Assembly (NCBI RefSeq): GCF_964355755.1
Contig: NC_092672.1
Span: 31,378,437 to 31,442,436, forward strand
Length of the DNA stretch: 64,000 bases
Direction: 5' to 3'
DNA from: Antedon mediterranea
Taxonomy: Eukaryota > Animalia > Echinodermata
The notes beneath the pieces are model-generated. The model ran no database searches and was not told the origin of the DNA. It worked only from the letters and a program-made list of their open reading frames with translations. The position numbers and the translations under genes were made by a program. Positions 40,116 to 53,800 of this stretch are shown here, piece after piece. Positions within the stretch are counted from its first letter, which is position 1, and the number at the start of each line of letters is the position of its first letter.

Positions 40116-41223
40116 CAACTCATGAACAGGCCTGTAATGTCATCATACTATCTAAGTTTTTCTATTGGATATTTTTCATGTATGCCTACTAGACAGGCCT
40201 GGGCCGAATTAACCAGTGGACATGTATTCCTCACAAGGGGAGGTGGGGAAAGAGGATGGAGCCTTGCAATATACTTTATCATGTCATCCAATTCTCAAAT
40301 GGTAAATATTTGCAAATACATTACATTTAAAAAATATATTTTATATTTGAATAATTCAAATGTAGTAGATTAATGCTGATTTTGACTAATAGCTGCATAA
40401 AAATACAAAAAATATGTAATATCTCCATATGGAGTCTAATTAAGAAGAACATTATAATTACAGGCCTCCGGCTAATTTCACATTTCCATACTTTAAATAC
40501 AAATTAGGAGAAGGGTTAAACAGCCCATCTGTTTTGAAAATATTAGGATGCATGTTGTGAATTAATAATAGTCTCTAAATTATTAAGCCCTACAGGGACT
40601 GTCTGTCCCCCTCGGCATGCGTAAAGGAGACATAAAAACATGATTTGTCATGTTAAAAATTCATTAGTGGGTCTCCATGTAATATTAACGCCAAAATAGC
40701 AGAACAAAGACATTTATAGCGTAATTTTACTGGTAAATATACAAACTAAAGGCAAGTGCTGCAACTACAAAAAAAAAAGTTATATAACAATGAATGACAA
40801 AAAACCCGAAAAGGTTAATGGCATACAGGATAAAGTTGTACAATGTGATCATTGTAGTTACCAGTCCATATCCTTATTTTAAATATGTTGTATATAGGAA
40901 TATTTGAAATTATTATAATAAATTTTCCCAAAATCAGTAACCCTTGGGCCAACACTAAATTGATGGACACTAAATTGATGGTCACAAAAGCGAAAGTTTA
41001 AGAAGACTCTAACAACAAATGAAAATGTGTGGTTTTACTGAGAGTCAAGTGGCCTAGCATTTAAGAGAGGCGCACAATGGAAAGCACAACCACAAAAAAT
41101 GGCACAGGTGGTACTGTAGAACAAGTTTTCTCAGACAAAGACTTGTAGGTCCAGTGTACACATCTGGTGTGCACTCTAATGAATCCAGTTCACCTTTTGG
41201 ATAGGTAGGAAGGAATTGTTAGC

Positions 41224-41361
41224 AGCTTGGTTCTCACTAGGATGCAACGTAAGGATGTAGATGCAACTAAAGTGAGTTGACCAATCACAAGCGATGGATT
41301 ATTTGAACTGTCACTTGCCATTGGTCAACACGCTTGCGTGCGTCCTTGCGGGAACCAAGCT
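41224..41361. mobile_element. MITE family B, degenerate
   Basis: AGCTTGGTTCTCACTAG...GGGAACCAAGCT; shares CCAATCACAAGCGATGG-type interior with the 59850 copy. Confidence 0.7.
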
Positions 41362-41848
41362 TAATAATGTGACCTTATAATAATGGTGGGACTTTCCTCA
41401 ACTGTGCATGAATGAGTTGACAGTGATAGTAGCATAGCAGAAAGAACGACATGTCAAAAATATTGCGATTATCACGATTACATTTACACAGAGTACAAAA
41501 ACATGATTTATTATTAATTACAAAACAGTAAAAATAAATAATAAATAAATATAAATTTGGTAAAAATGACCTTATTTGGATAGAAAATTATCTCGATAGA
41601 AACTATTCTGTCGGTGATGATTATTCATTATAAATGGAGGGTAGCTTCAGCTAACCTATAGCCCAGAAAAAGAACTAACCTTATCAGAAACTGGGCCCCA
41701 TTCATCACAACATACTAATTGTCTTATTAAAGCACGGCATAAGCATTACATTTATTTGTGGTTAACTGAAGAAGATGCTGGAAATTTATCGACAATCATT
41801 ATTAAAGATTATTTTGTAATGATAAAGCGATACAGAGGACAGTACTTA

Positions 41849-41994
41849 AGCTCTGTCTACACTATCAAAAACATGTGATGTGCCCATATATGGACAAGAT
41901 GATGTCATTTCACTACCATATTTGGGCATATCACTACCATATTTAGGCACATCACACTTTTTTGTCAAACTAGCTTGATAGTGTAGACAGAGCT
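41849..41994. mobile_element. MITE family A (Harbinger-like) with exact TTA TSD
   Basis: TTA|AGCTCTGTCTACACTATCAA...TTGATAGTGTAGACAGAGCT|TTA. Further degenerate or partial copies at about 14220-14320, 43475-43562, 57120-57254 and 61810-61870. Confidence 0.85.
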
Positions 41995-42150
41995 TTAGGC
42001 CTATATATTTATTTGTATATTTTTACCAGAAAGAAAAACCGAAAAAAAACCAAAAACACTGTAACAATGGTTATGACCTATTTTGTATGATTTATTCTAA
42101 ATATTGAATATTTAAAAAAAAATCTTTAAATTGTGTTAAAGTACTGATAA

Positions 42151-43422
42151 GGCCAAAAAAAAAAAATAGTTTGTTTGCTGTCATCCGCCGCCCCTAATTT
42201 CGCCAAAAATTTGGGGCGGAATTAAGAAAAAGTTTTTTTTTTTACGTTGAAGGCGCTTTAAAAAAAAAGTTTTTTTAATGATTTTTTTTGGCCGAAAAGG
42301 TGTAAAAATCGAGTGTGCGAGGATGAAACAATAAAAATAATAACGTAGCATATATTTCGGTGTATAATCGCACTTTTGACACGCAAATTTAACCTCTAAA
42401 TTAAGGGTGCGTCTTATACACCGAACATAAATGCCTCAACACACAGATCGCCACCTCGTTGGCTAGGCCTGGGCTTTTTAAGGTAAGGCCTAGGCCTATT
42501 AGTATTACTAAAGTCTAAAGAGTAGGCCTAGCCTAGCTACAGTATACTAGCGTAACAGCAACCTGCTAGTTTTCAAGGCATTTTAGCGTGATTTTGTACT
42601 AAATATGATGAAAAGATTTGTTCATTATGGAGCTGTTTTAGGCGCTCCGATAAAATTTCATTTGAAAACGACGTTTACGATTGGAATAGTATTATAGTTA
42701 TACGCACGACGCGAGCGAGCCCTTCTTGACAACCACATTGTGTACACAGTATTCGACTAGTATATTCTCCAGTTGATTATAGCATAGACCTAGCGTACAC
42801 ACTTCTAGGATACATAGATACTAATCGAATACGATTGTCCGTGAAAACGTGCGCCTCTCTCGATAAAAGGATCGAGAGCGAGGCTAGCCCACACACGCGT
42901 GCGGTCACTCGATGTTGCGGCGTGCGAAACTCATTAAAGTTAGAAAGAACTGACGGAATGGGGGACTTCCCTTCTTGTTGAGGCTGGGCGCGGCCGTCTT
43001 ATACATCGACGATATACAAAATACCGATATTTTACTCTCAGTTAGGGGTCGGGTGCGTCTTATTATACACAGGTGCGACTTATACACCGAAATATACGGT
43101 ACACTAACTTCTAAAAATTAAAATATTTAATTAGGCCTGCTAACAACGACCTACTGTGTAGTACTAGTAGTAGGCCTAGCCTAGGCTAGTTTAGACACGG
43201 GGCCTAACGCGCCCAAAACAGAATTAAAGTGTGAAACAAATTATGAATAGATGTTTGAGCTCGTTGTTTTATTCAGTGTGTTTTGTTACTCTCAAATTCG
43301 CGTACAATTAACAGAGAAATTAACATTAAAAAAAAAAAAAAAAAAAAAAAAACTTTTTTCCACCCGCCCCCCCTACCAAAAAAAAAAATTGACAGCAAAC
43401 AAACAATTTTTTTTTTTGGGCC
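42151..43422. mobile_element. Non-autonomous TIR element with TAA TSD (PIF/Harbinger-like), carrying a nested insertion
   Basis: TAA|GGCC(A)nTAGTTTGTTTGCTGTCA ... TGACAGCAAACAAACAA(T)nGGGCC|TAA. Confidence 0.7.
42348..43099. mobile_element. Non-autonomous Tc1/mariner-pogo-like element nested in the 42151-43422 element
   Basis: TA flanks; right TIR GTGCGACTTATACACCGAAATATACGG|TA; left TA|GCATATATTTCGGTGTATAATCGCAC (degenerate tip); subterminal GGGTGCGTCTTA repeats. Confidence 0.75.
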
Positions 43423-44302
43423 TAATAGTATGATCAAAATTGTATAAAAATGTATTAAAAAAACTGTAATCATTATATGGACATGATATCTTATTTGCAA
43501 ATATCACTACAATATTTGTGCACATCACACTTTATTTTGTCAAACTAGTTTGACAGAGCTTTACATTATTTAAATAAATTTATGTGTTCTATTTACGAGA
43601 AAAGGTTAAAATTTCGTCTCTTTCTATGCGAATCTATAATAAATCAATTAGGTACCCAGATGGATATAAACATAGACCACCTGATCAATTAGAATTGTCT
43701 TAAAGAAATCGCCCGAAATGGTTTAATTACATTAAAACATTAGCATCAACGTAGATAACTGTATTCGACGGTGATTGCGATGTCATTAAGCAGCGTAGCT
43801 GATTTCCCGCGAAACCAGATACCTAACTGATAATATTAAAATTGATCGTAAGCGCATCCTTGTCTGTCAGACGGGCCGAGTAGTGTTTGTTCAACGTAAT
43901 TTGAGTGAATGCTGGAAAATAATGGCCGAGTCGGTTTACATTGTTTTGAAGATCTAAATGATACATCGTTGATCAATTTGCTGACAGTAAAGCGGGGACT
44001 TATAAGCTTTCCTAGTATAGCATCGATGATGCTTGGGTTAGTGACCCGCGACATGATTTTGTAATTACCTATCTAGGGATTGTTCTTCCCTTCTTGGAAA
44101 ATTATAATTACTCCAAACAAATGAAATATATTGTAGTCGGATTGTTTGGCTAATACTCAAGGGGAATGTTAAATTAAAAATAGTGAAAGTAAAGGACTTA
44201 GAAAAATATTGGCAAAGATGTTGATATTTCGGCCCATGTTAAAAGACTACAAATTTAGTTATTAATGAACCGATTTTCTTGAATTTCAATATAGGCATGT
44301 TC

Positions 44303-44626
44303 TTTGTTTGTTTGTTTGTTTGTTTTATCTTTATACTGGGTGACATCTTCAGTCAAAGACTGATCTCCCAGAGGGCCCAGTTGGTGATCAGTGGCTGTGA
44401 TGTACTACTACACCGGGGTAACCCCCTACTCGTCTCGAAAGATGTACTAGGTTCTTTAAAGTGCACACGAGCAAGTTGTGTACACTGGACCTACGGTTTA
44501 TAGTCCTTATCCGAGAAGACTCGTTCTACCACCAGAACCATGGAGTGAGTGAGCCTCGAACCCCTGCCGATGTTATGGCTACGTAATTACGGTTCCACTG
44601 TCTTAACCGCTCGGCCACTCACTCAC
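44303..44626 (-). mobile_element. tRNA-derived SINE (second family)
   Basis: A box TGGCCGAGCGG; B box GGTTCGAGGC; (AAAC)n tail. Confidence 0.75.
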
Positions 44627-45451
44627 TCTGTAAGTATATACCTATTTTACAGAATGATAACTTGAAAACTGTAGGTGCTATCGTTCTAACAAACAAAGCA
44701 AGTACTTATACTATAATATATACAATGCTCATGTTCAATGTTTATACCTCTATTAAGGGGACATCCATTTTCAGGACTCAACAAAATGTCTCCTAAATAG
44801 AGGGCATGGCTGCAGTGTTAAAATACATATTGCCCCTCATTTCCCTTGTATAGGAGTGTTTCAAATATTAAGAACATTGTTGTAATGAACACTCAATTTC
44901 GTTTTCTTTGAAAAAAGTAAAGTTGTTTAAATTTTCAAATGATACATATAAAACTACATAAAAAGCAGATTATACCATTTTCCACAGGTCCAACAATTTT
45001 TGTTAAAAAAATATTTGTGGATAGTATCAAATTTTCCATCAACCTAAAATCATATGGAAATCTACCTTAAAATGATGGACCACGATATAGACATCTGGAT
45101 TGAACTAGCCTATCTTGACCTAGTTCTTAACTAGGTCAAAGTTTACCGCTAATTAATTGAGACTAATTACATACATAAAGTGTCAGAGCAATTAAACCCT
45201 TAATGCCTTTTACCATATTCATTTGGATTTTCTGATAAATAAATAAAGAGGAATATTTATAATGTTATAGCAATAAACCATCTGTGACATGTGTGATTTA
45301 CCTGGCAATTAATTAATTGAAAATAACTTTTTGTCTACATCATAAATTCTTTTAAATGTATTTAAATGATTAAAAACATTTATGAAACATAATTGTACTG
45401 CCATTGAAATTAAATAATTAAAATAAAATAGTAAACTGTTTGATTGGGGGC

Positions 45452-45760
45452 ATCAGAGCATGAGCAGCCCAGGGGTCTCAAAGCATGAGCAGCCTAGGGG
45501 CCTCGGAGCATAAGCAGCCCAGGGGCCTCAGAGCATGAGCAGCCTAGGGGTCTCAAAGCATGAGGGGCCTCGGAGCATAAGCAGCCCAGGGGCCTCCGAG
45601 CATGAGCAGTCAAGGGGCCTCAGAGCATGAGCAGCCCAGGGGCCTCAGAGCATGAGCAGCCCAGGGGCTTCAGAGCATGAGCAGCCCAGGGGTATCAAAG
45701 CATAAGCAGCCTAGGGGCCTCGGAGCATGAGCAGCCCAGGGGCCTCAAAGCATAAGCAGT
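45452..45760. repeat. 25-bp GC-rich minisatellite
   Basis: Unit CAGAGCATGAGCAGCCCAGGGGCCT, about 12 copies; related motifs near 503-590. Confidence 0.95.
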
Positions 45761-46699
45761 CCAATGCATTGGAGTGCTAAACCAGGGACATTTTCTCCTT
45801 GCATTATGCTACTGGATACATAGCTTACCTTCACCCTAAATAACTAACAACAAAATAATTTAAACACTGCTTCTATATATTTAATCAGAAATTTATTATA
45901 GTGCTTTTCGTGTTTATAATAAATCAGGTGCCTTAATATGTCAATGTTTTTCAGAAATACGCTCCAATATAAAATAAAATTCAACGTTTGTTTTGTGCTG
46001 TTGACAACCAGACTTAATGCGTCTCAGGCATTCCGCAATAAATACCGTACAATTTATAACTTGAATGAAATGCGAAATTAGTTGCAAGATATTTTGCATT
46101 ATTCCTCATGAGGTGGACGGTAATTAATGGGGTTGTTTACTTACATTCAAAAGTTGCACAGGAATACAAAATATGGATTCTTAATTATATGCTTGCTCAT
46201 TTTGTTAATACTACAAGATTGTGTAGGAATAGCACTATAAGTATGTAATGTACAATTCTTAAAAGTGATAAAGAAATGATAAGGATGATGATGAAATTAA
46301 TGATTATGACATTAAATGATAATATCATTATGATGATTACATTGATGATAAATTTGCTTAGGATAAAGAATGATTTATAGTATAACAATGATGAATGTTT
46401 TAAAGTTTAAACAATTATCTAAAATAAAGATAAACATTTAATACATTATATATGCTTGCTCAAGAAATGTATATGTTGTATTGTGAAGAGATACTTCAAT
46501 AATACAATATTTAATAGGGTTTTGATTTTTAATTGTAGATTTGATTCTCCAAGAGCGGTTAATATAATAACAATGAATGAAATGAATATGTGTAGTTTTT
46601 AAAAAATATCATATGGTATCATATCATTTATTTTGTTGGTACATATTGTATATATAAACATATTTCATATATAAATATAACAAATAATGAATTATAACA

Positions 46700-47125
46700 T
46701 TGATAATGATGATGATGATGATAGTAATATTGATAATGATGATGATACTGATGATAAGAATGATGATGATAATGATGATGATTATAGTTTATAATGATAG
46801 TGATGATGATAATGATGATGATGATAGTGATGATGATGATAGTGATAATGATGATGATAGTGATGATGATAGCAATGATGATAATTATGATGATAGTTAT
46901 AATGATGATGATATTGATAATGATGATAATGATAATAGTGATAATGATGATGATTGATAATGATAATGATGATGATTGATAATGATGATAATGATAATGA
47001 TAGCAATGATAATAATGATGATGATAATGATAGCAATGATAATAACGATGATGATAGTGATAATGATAATGATAGTGATGATAATGATAATAATGATGAT
47101 GATAGTGATAATGATGATGATATGA
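46700..47125. repeat. Degenerate (GAT/AAT)n microsatellite
   Basis: Direct reading. Confidence 0.95.
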
Positions 47126-49399
47126 TGTCAAATGTTATTGATGATACATTAGATGACATGGTATTCCTACTTTACAACTCAACAAATTGTAATTAATCAT
47201 AAAATAATTCAAATGCATGTACATCATCTAAGCGTTCCTTTCTCTCCGATCAATATCTTCAAAACATAAAGTTTCAAACGTACATGACTCATCAACCAAA
47301 CAGTCAGACAGGTATTTATGTTGCTATGGTTGCAAAAGATGCAAATTCGAACCAATACATTAGAGGTAAATTACAAACTGCAATTACTAAACCGGACTGG
47401 CGACATGTTGTCTAAATGACGCTACGACAAACAAGGCGATATAGGTATCCTTTAAATTAAAAACATCAATTGATAAACTTTCTCTAATTATTAATAACTT
47501 TTTGAACCAATACATGTCAAATACTAATAAACAAATTATGAACGGATAATCTGTAATTTTAGGTCTCAATTACGCATAGGCCTATAACTAAATAAATTAA
47601 ACTCCTTACTATTGATTACTCATATTCTAAAGAGGTATTATAATACTAAACTGTATTTTTTGTCTTAAAGGGACTTTAAGACAAGGTACAACCTATAAAG
47701 ATCCCTCATCATTTTTTATTTTACTTTGATTGGTTGATATTGGGTTTCTCAAAAAATTGGTATTGCTGTAAAAGCCTATTAAGAGCGATACTATGGACTC
47801 ACCAAAGTGTCAAGAACAAGACATAAAATGTGCATTTTTATCAGTAAATATTTTAGAAGGCATTCACTTTTTTCTCTCTTACATATTTTCTTTATTAATC
47901 TTTAAAGATATAACATCGACAAAAGCATTTGACCAAAAATTCGAAAAAAAAAAAGATTTACTTATAAATTAAAAATTATTTAATTTATAGCAAAAAAAAG
48001 TCAAGTCTTCTTTCATAAATATGAAATTAGATAGAGCCTAAGTAGTATAAAATTCCAATAACAGAATCTACCAAGTATGTACATTTTTGCAACATTTGCG
48101 TTCCATACCTATGAATAAATCATTAGGTTTGTGACCTATAAACGAACGCATAAGTAATTAAGACCTTGAAATAATGTCATTAACTTATTGTTAAATCAAG
48201 TTCACCTGAAAATTCATTAATTCTAAAGCGCCAAAACATTCGCTATTCGCTATTAAGTCGAATTTCAATATATATTACAGATGGGATCTCAGAACTCTTA
48301 TGATAAAATCTGATATATCACTATAAAATATGGAACTCATCTTCTAGACAAATGATTCACCACATTTTGAGATCTGCAATATTTTATTAAAAATATTAAT
48401 ATAAAATGTACAGAAATAATACAATATTAAAGTGTATTTTATGATTTTTCAAACAGAGTTCATCTTTTGATATTTAATTTTTGTAAAATAATAATGAGAT
48501 GAATTTAAATCTTAATCTCACATTTAATTAGTTATATTTTACGGGCAAAATAGAAAAAAACTTCAAATCGCCCATCCTGTGATATAATGGAAAATATTAT
48601 TTAAATCTTGAAACTGAGAACAAGATGAGGAAGATGAAATCTGTGAGAAGGGAAAAAGATACCCCAACCAAGATTCAAACCCAAAATCTTCTGCTTGATA
48701 TGCAGACCCTACCATAAGACCACTAGATAAAAAACCCTAATGTAGTATGTTTACAAATTGCCAATAATGAACAATACTGAATTTAGTCAATTATAAGCCT
48801 ATATTTTGAAACCAATTTATATAGAAAATGCACAAAATATTTTCTAAACAAACAGTTTTTGGGTGTATAAATTGTTTTGTTTTGAGAAAAAAAATTGACA
48901 GCTAACAAGACTTGTACCGAGAACTTTGGAATCGGTAGTTAAAGATTATGACAATCCTCATCCCTAATTTTGTCATGTATGAAATATTACAAATTTTATA
49001 AACTATTCACTTATATTTGAACTTATAACAAGAGACACTATTAAAAATAAGTAGCCGCAGAAACATATGTAATTTAAAAAGTCAGTGTACATAGAACACA
49101 GAAAACAATATTTTTATGAGATGATGATGAAAAATATAATATTAAATATTAATATGAGGGTACATGGTTCAACCTTTAGTGGAACAGGAGACAACTCTAG
49201 GACAAAGACAATGCTGGATGGCCTAGTAAGGACTGCTCTCATTTATTGCATTGTGCTAAGTGCTATAAAGAAATAGTGTCTAGGGTTGGTTAGCAAAGTG
49301 TTTAGGATATATGTTTTAATGGTACATAGTATTTAGGGTGTTGGTATAGTGTTTAGGCTTGGTTGTAATGGTGGAAAATAGCCTTTATGATATGTGTGT

Positions 49400-50675
49400 A
49401 AATGGTCATAATGGTGCATATAGTGTTTAGGGCGTCAATACATGTTTAGGCTTTGTGGTAATGGTGCACATAGGTATGCATAAAGTGTTTAGAATTGGTT
49501 ATAATGGTGCATATAGTGTTTAAGGTGTCCATACATGTTTAGGCTTTGTGGTAATGGTGCACATAGGAATGCATAAAGTGTTTAGAATTGGTTATAATGG
49601 TGCATATAGTGTTTAGGGCGTCAATACATGTTTAGGCTTTGTGGTAATGGTGCACATAGGTATGCATAAAGTGTTTAGAATTGGTTATAATGGTGCATAT
49701 AGTGTTTAGGGCGTCAATACATGTTTAGGCTTTGTGGTAATGGTGCACATAGGTATGCATAAAGTGTTTAGAATTGGTTATAATGGTGCATAATAGTGTT
49801 TAGGGCGTCAATACATGTTTAGGCTTTGTGGTAATGGTGCACATAGGTATGCATAAAGTGTTTAGAATTGGTTATAAATGGTGCATAATAGTGTTTAGGG
49901 CGTCAATACATGTTTAGGCTTTGTGGTAATGGTGCACATAGGTATGCATAAAGTGTTTAGAATTGGTTATAAATGGTGCATAATAGTGTTTAGGGCGTCA
50001 ATACATGTTTAGGCTTTGTGGTAATGGTGCACATAGGTATGCATAAAGTGTTTAGAATTGGTTATAAATGGTGCATAATAGTGTTTAGGGCGTCAATACA
50101 TGTTTAGGCTTTGTGGTAATGGTGCACATAGGTATGCATAAAGTGTTTAGAATTGGTTATAAATGGTGCATAATAGTGTTTAGGGCGTCAATACATGTTT
50201 ATGCTTTGTGGTAATGGTGCACATAGGTATGCATAAAGTGTTTAGAATTGGTTATAAATGGTGCATAATAGTGTTTAGGGCGTCAATACATGTTTAGGCT
50301 TTGTGGTAATGGTGCACATAGGTATGCATAAAGTGTTTAGAATTGGTTATAAATGGTGCATAATAGTGTTTAAGGTGTCAATAGCTGTTTATGCTTTGTG
50401 GTAATGGTGCACATAGGTATGCATAAAGTGTTTAGAATTGGTTATAAATGGTGCATAATAGTGTTTAGGGCGTCAATACATGTTTAGGCTTTGTGGTAAT
50501 GGTGCACATAGGTATGCATAAAGTGTTTAGAATTGGTTATAAATGGTGCATAATAGTGTTTAGGGCGTCAATACATGTTTAGGCTTTGTGGTAATGGTGC
50601 ACATAGGTATGCATAAAGTGTTTAGAATTGGTTATAAATGGTGCATAATAGTGTTTAAGGTGTCAATAGCTGTTT
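49400..50675. repeat. 93-95-bp tandem repeat, about 13 copies
   Basis: TAGGGCGTC markers at 49614, 49707, 49801, 49896, 49991 and onward; internal TGTTTAG and AATGGTGCA subrepeats. Confidence 0.95.
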
Positions 50676-51922
50676 ATTGGGTTAGTTTCCCCTAATAAGG
50701 ATTGCTTTTTACAATCAGGTTTCTATTATTGATTTCTTTATTAATTTCTTTAATTTCAGTTCATACTAATACTACTCACTTTAGAGACCATGGCAGCATT
50801 ATTTTACTGCAGTTACTGCAGCAACTACATTTTGCTTCAACATGTTTATGTAATTTTTCAAGCTTCTGTTGGTAATCTATCTATTATCTACTGCAGTGAA
50901 TCCCTCATAAATTCTACACTGAAACAAACTAAAATCAACCATTATTAGGCTAAAAATATATATTTACTGCAGTAACTGCAGCAGAATAACTTTGATGTGA
51001 TTCTTTATTATTTAAGACTATTGATCTCACATTTATATTTTATTTATCATCGTTTTTTAAATACACATTTATTACTATTTCAATTATTTATTATTTTTAT
51101 AATTATGGTTTTAAAAATATTAAGAACATTGTAATAATTTATTTTTACTTTATTTTTATTATTTTACTTTAGATGTAGACCATATGATGACCTTTATATA
51201 ATGTTTCATAAAAATAAAACATACACATGATCAAAAACATTAATGGTTTGGCTCATATAATGTTACAATATGACGACAACACTCCTACTCAAATAATAAT
51301 AATAAAGAAAATCACAGAACGGGAATATTATTATGCGAGTGTATGTTTCGCAATAGGAAAACAGATTTTTTTTTTTTAATCATATTGTAAAATGTTAATA
51401 TATTATATTTGTATGTATACAAGTATCAAGTAATATTATACAGATATTGACTGTTTAGCTATGTAATATATCAAGTTATCAAGTAATATAATAACTTTTC
51501 TGACTAATAATAATATATGTTTTGTTTAGAAGAAAAACAAACTGTAGTTTTGTATTATAACATAATGGAAAATTGTAATATCAAGGAATAGACATTAACT
51601 ACTGACCGTAGTAATATATGTTCTGCTATAGAATAGAAAAACATATTTTATTTTATGTTTGTACAATATATAATAAAAATTGTAATATTATACATTTACT
51701 TTTATTAAGTATTATTGTTAAGAAATATAATACATGTAGTACATGGTTAAAGAAAGTAAATGAATGAAAACAAAAATTGAACATCAAAAATATAATATAA
51801 ATCTAACATTATTTACTATTATCTGACTATTATCTTTTCAAGACATCTTCCAGAGAGAACTGTCCATGTCTGCATCGTCTACCACATGCAAATATTGTCC
51901 CGTATTTAGAAATTGTACATAC

Positions 51923-52095
51923 CTTTTCCATGTTCGTTTTAGTGTTCGTCGTATCCATTTACCGAAAATGTTTACCTCAGGGACGTCATTGCCTTCCGGT
52001 TCCTCAGTCAGGGGCATAAACGGGAAGGGGGAGACACGGGATAGGTTTGTTAGTCTAAACATCCTTCTCTCAAAACCTCTTAGTTCAGTTGACAT
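51923..52095 (-). CDS. Candidate first coding exon of an unidentified host gene (57 codons, phase 2)
   Basis: GC-richer island; AAGATG start; MSTELRGFERRMFRL...IRRTLKRTWK; good donor AAG|GTATGT. No homology recognised. Confidence 0.35.
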
Positions 52096-53349
52096 CTTAG
52101 AGAATTCGATAACCGATCACGTTCAGTTAATCGGTTTACTAATGGTCCGTACCACTCTAAGATATAGGGGTGTTATTTATCAAACACATTTCTGATAAAT
52201 AATGCGTTGAAATACTCTGACAGCCATGGTATTTCATCATGACATCTCATTATCCTGACATCCGTCCTCAACAACTGCAACACTTCTTTCTCCCTTCAGA
52301 ACCGTCGGTTCAAAACGCACTTTTCATGATTGCTTTTCTTTTCTGACGTTAAAATTATTCATATAGCCGTGAAACATGGGACTTTGGCAATTTAATTTCT
52401 CACCTAATTATCACGCTGATCCTAATATTCGAGTAAATGCAATAGAACAAAATGCCATGAAAGGTTGAGACGATAAAAACTAATAATTAACTTTATTCAT
52501 TGGATCAATAACCATAGAAACAGCATGCCTTACCTTGAATATATTCTACATTTTCATTAAGTTTATAATAATATAAGCAATCAATATAATTAACCAATCA
52601 AAATGAGTTATTTTGAATAAAATTAACAATAAACCAATCATAATGAGGTATTTTGTATAAAATTAACAATAAACCAATCAAAATGAGGTATTTTGTACAA
52701 AACTAACAATAAACCAATTAACATTTTGAATAAAATTAAAAACAAACAAATCAACATAAAGGCATTTTGAATAAAATAAAAATAAAGTTTTTGAATAATT
52801 TAATAATCGTTTTTCGTAATTAGTTTGAATTGAATTACTAAAAAATAGTTAGCACAAACCATCCAACAAAATTAGACTTCTAAATAAAATTAAATAATAG
52901 CTAACCAATCAAAATTAGACATTTTGAATAAATTGATACTGATCAACCAATCAAAATTAATTTTCATGAATAAATTCTGATTATTTATATGACTATAGCA
53001 TCATACAATAAGACAAAACTAACCTGTTTATGGGTCTCAAAGCATTTTGACATTTCAGAATGTCATTCTGTTTTTATATCATATTGCCATTATGTTTTAG
53101 GACAAAAAAGTGTTCGAACAACCATCGTTATTGTTTTCAAATATTATGGCATACAATAATACCTGTCAAAATATGATTTATATCATTTTGAAAAATGCAT
53201 ATCTAAGAATGTGCTTGTCTCTTAATAACAAGATCTATCTCAGATATAAATGAAATGAAATTTTCTATCAATACTTTTTAAAAGTACCAAATAGAATAAA
53301 AAATGTTTTAAAAGAATTGCAGAAATTGGTATTAAGTATCCAAACCAAT

Positions 53350-53800
53350 GATAGGCTGGTAAAACCCATGATTGGCCAGTAAAAACCCATGACTGGCTGG
53401 TAAAACCCATGATGGGCCAGTAAAAACCCATGAATGGCTGGTAAAACCCATGATGGGCCAGTAAAAACCCATGACTGGCTGGTAAAACCCATGATGGGCC
53501 AGTAAAAACCCATGACTGGCTGGTAAAACCCATGATGGGCCAGTAAAAACCCATGACTGGCTGGTAAAACCCATGATGGGCCAGTAAAAGCCCATGACTG
53601 GCTGGTAAAACCCATGATGGGCCAGTAAAAACCTATGACAGGCCGGTAAAAACACACATGACCGGCTGGTTAAAACCCATAGGTCGATAAAACCAATGAC
53701 AGGCTATTAAAACTCATGACAGGCTGGTAAAAACCCATGACAGGCAAGTAAAACCGATGGTGGGCCAGTAAAACACATGACGGGCCAGTAAAAACCTGAC
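53350..53800. repeat. 41-bp minisatellite (dimer of ~20-bp units)
   Basis: CTGGCTGGTAAAACCCATGA-TGGGCCAGTAAAAACCCATGA. Confidence 0.95.

Noticed and set aside
46628-47196. Poly-Asp/His/Met/Ile ORFs
   Set aside because: Translations of a (GAT)n microsatellite.
53240-53657. Repetitive minus-strand ORFs
   Set aside because: Translations of a 41-bp minisatellite in three frames.
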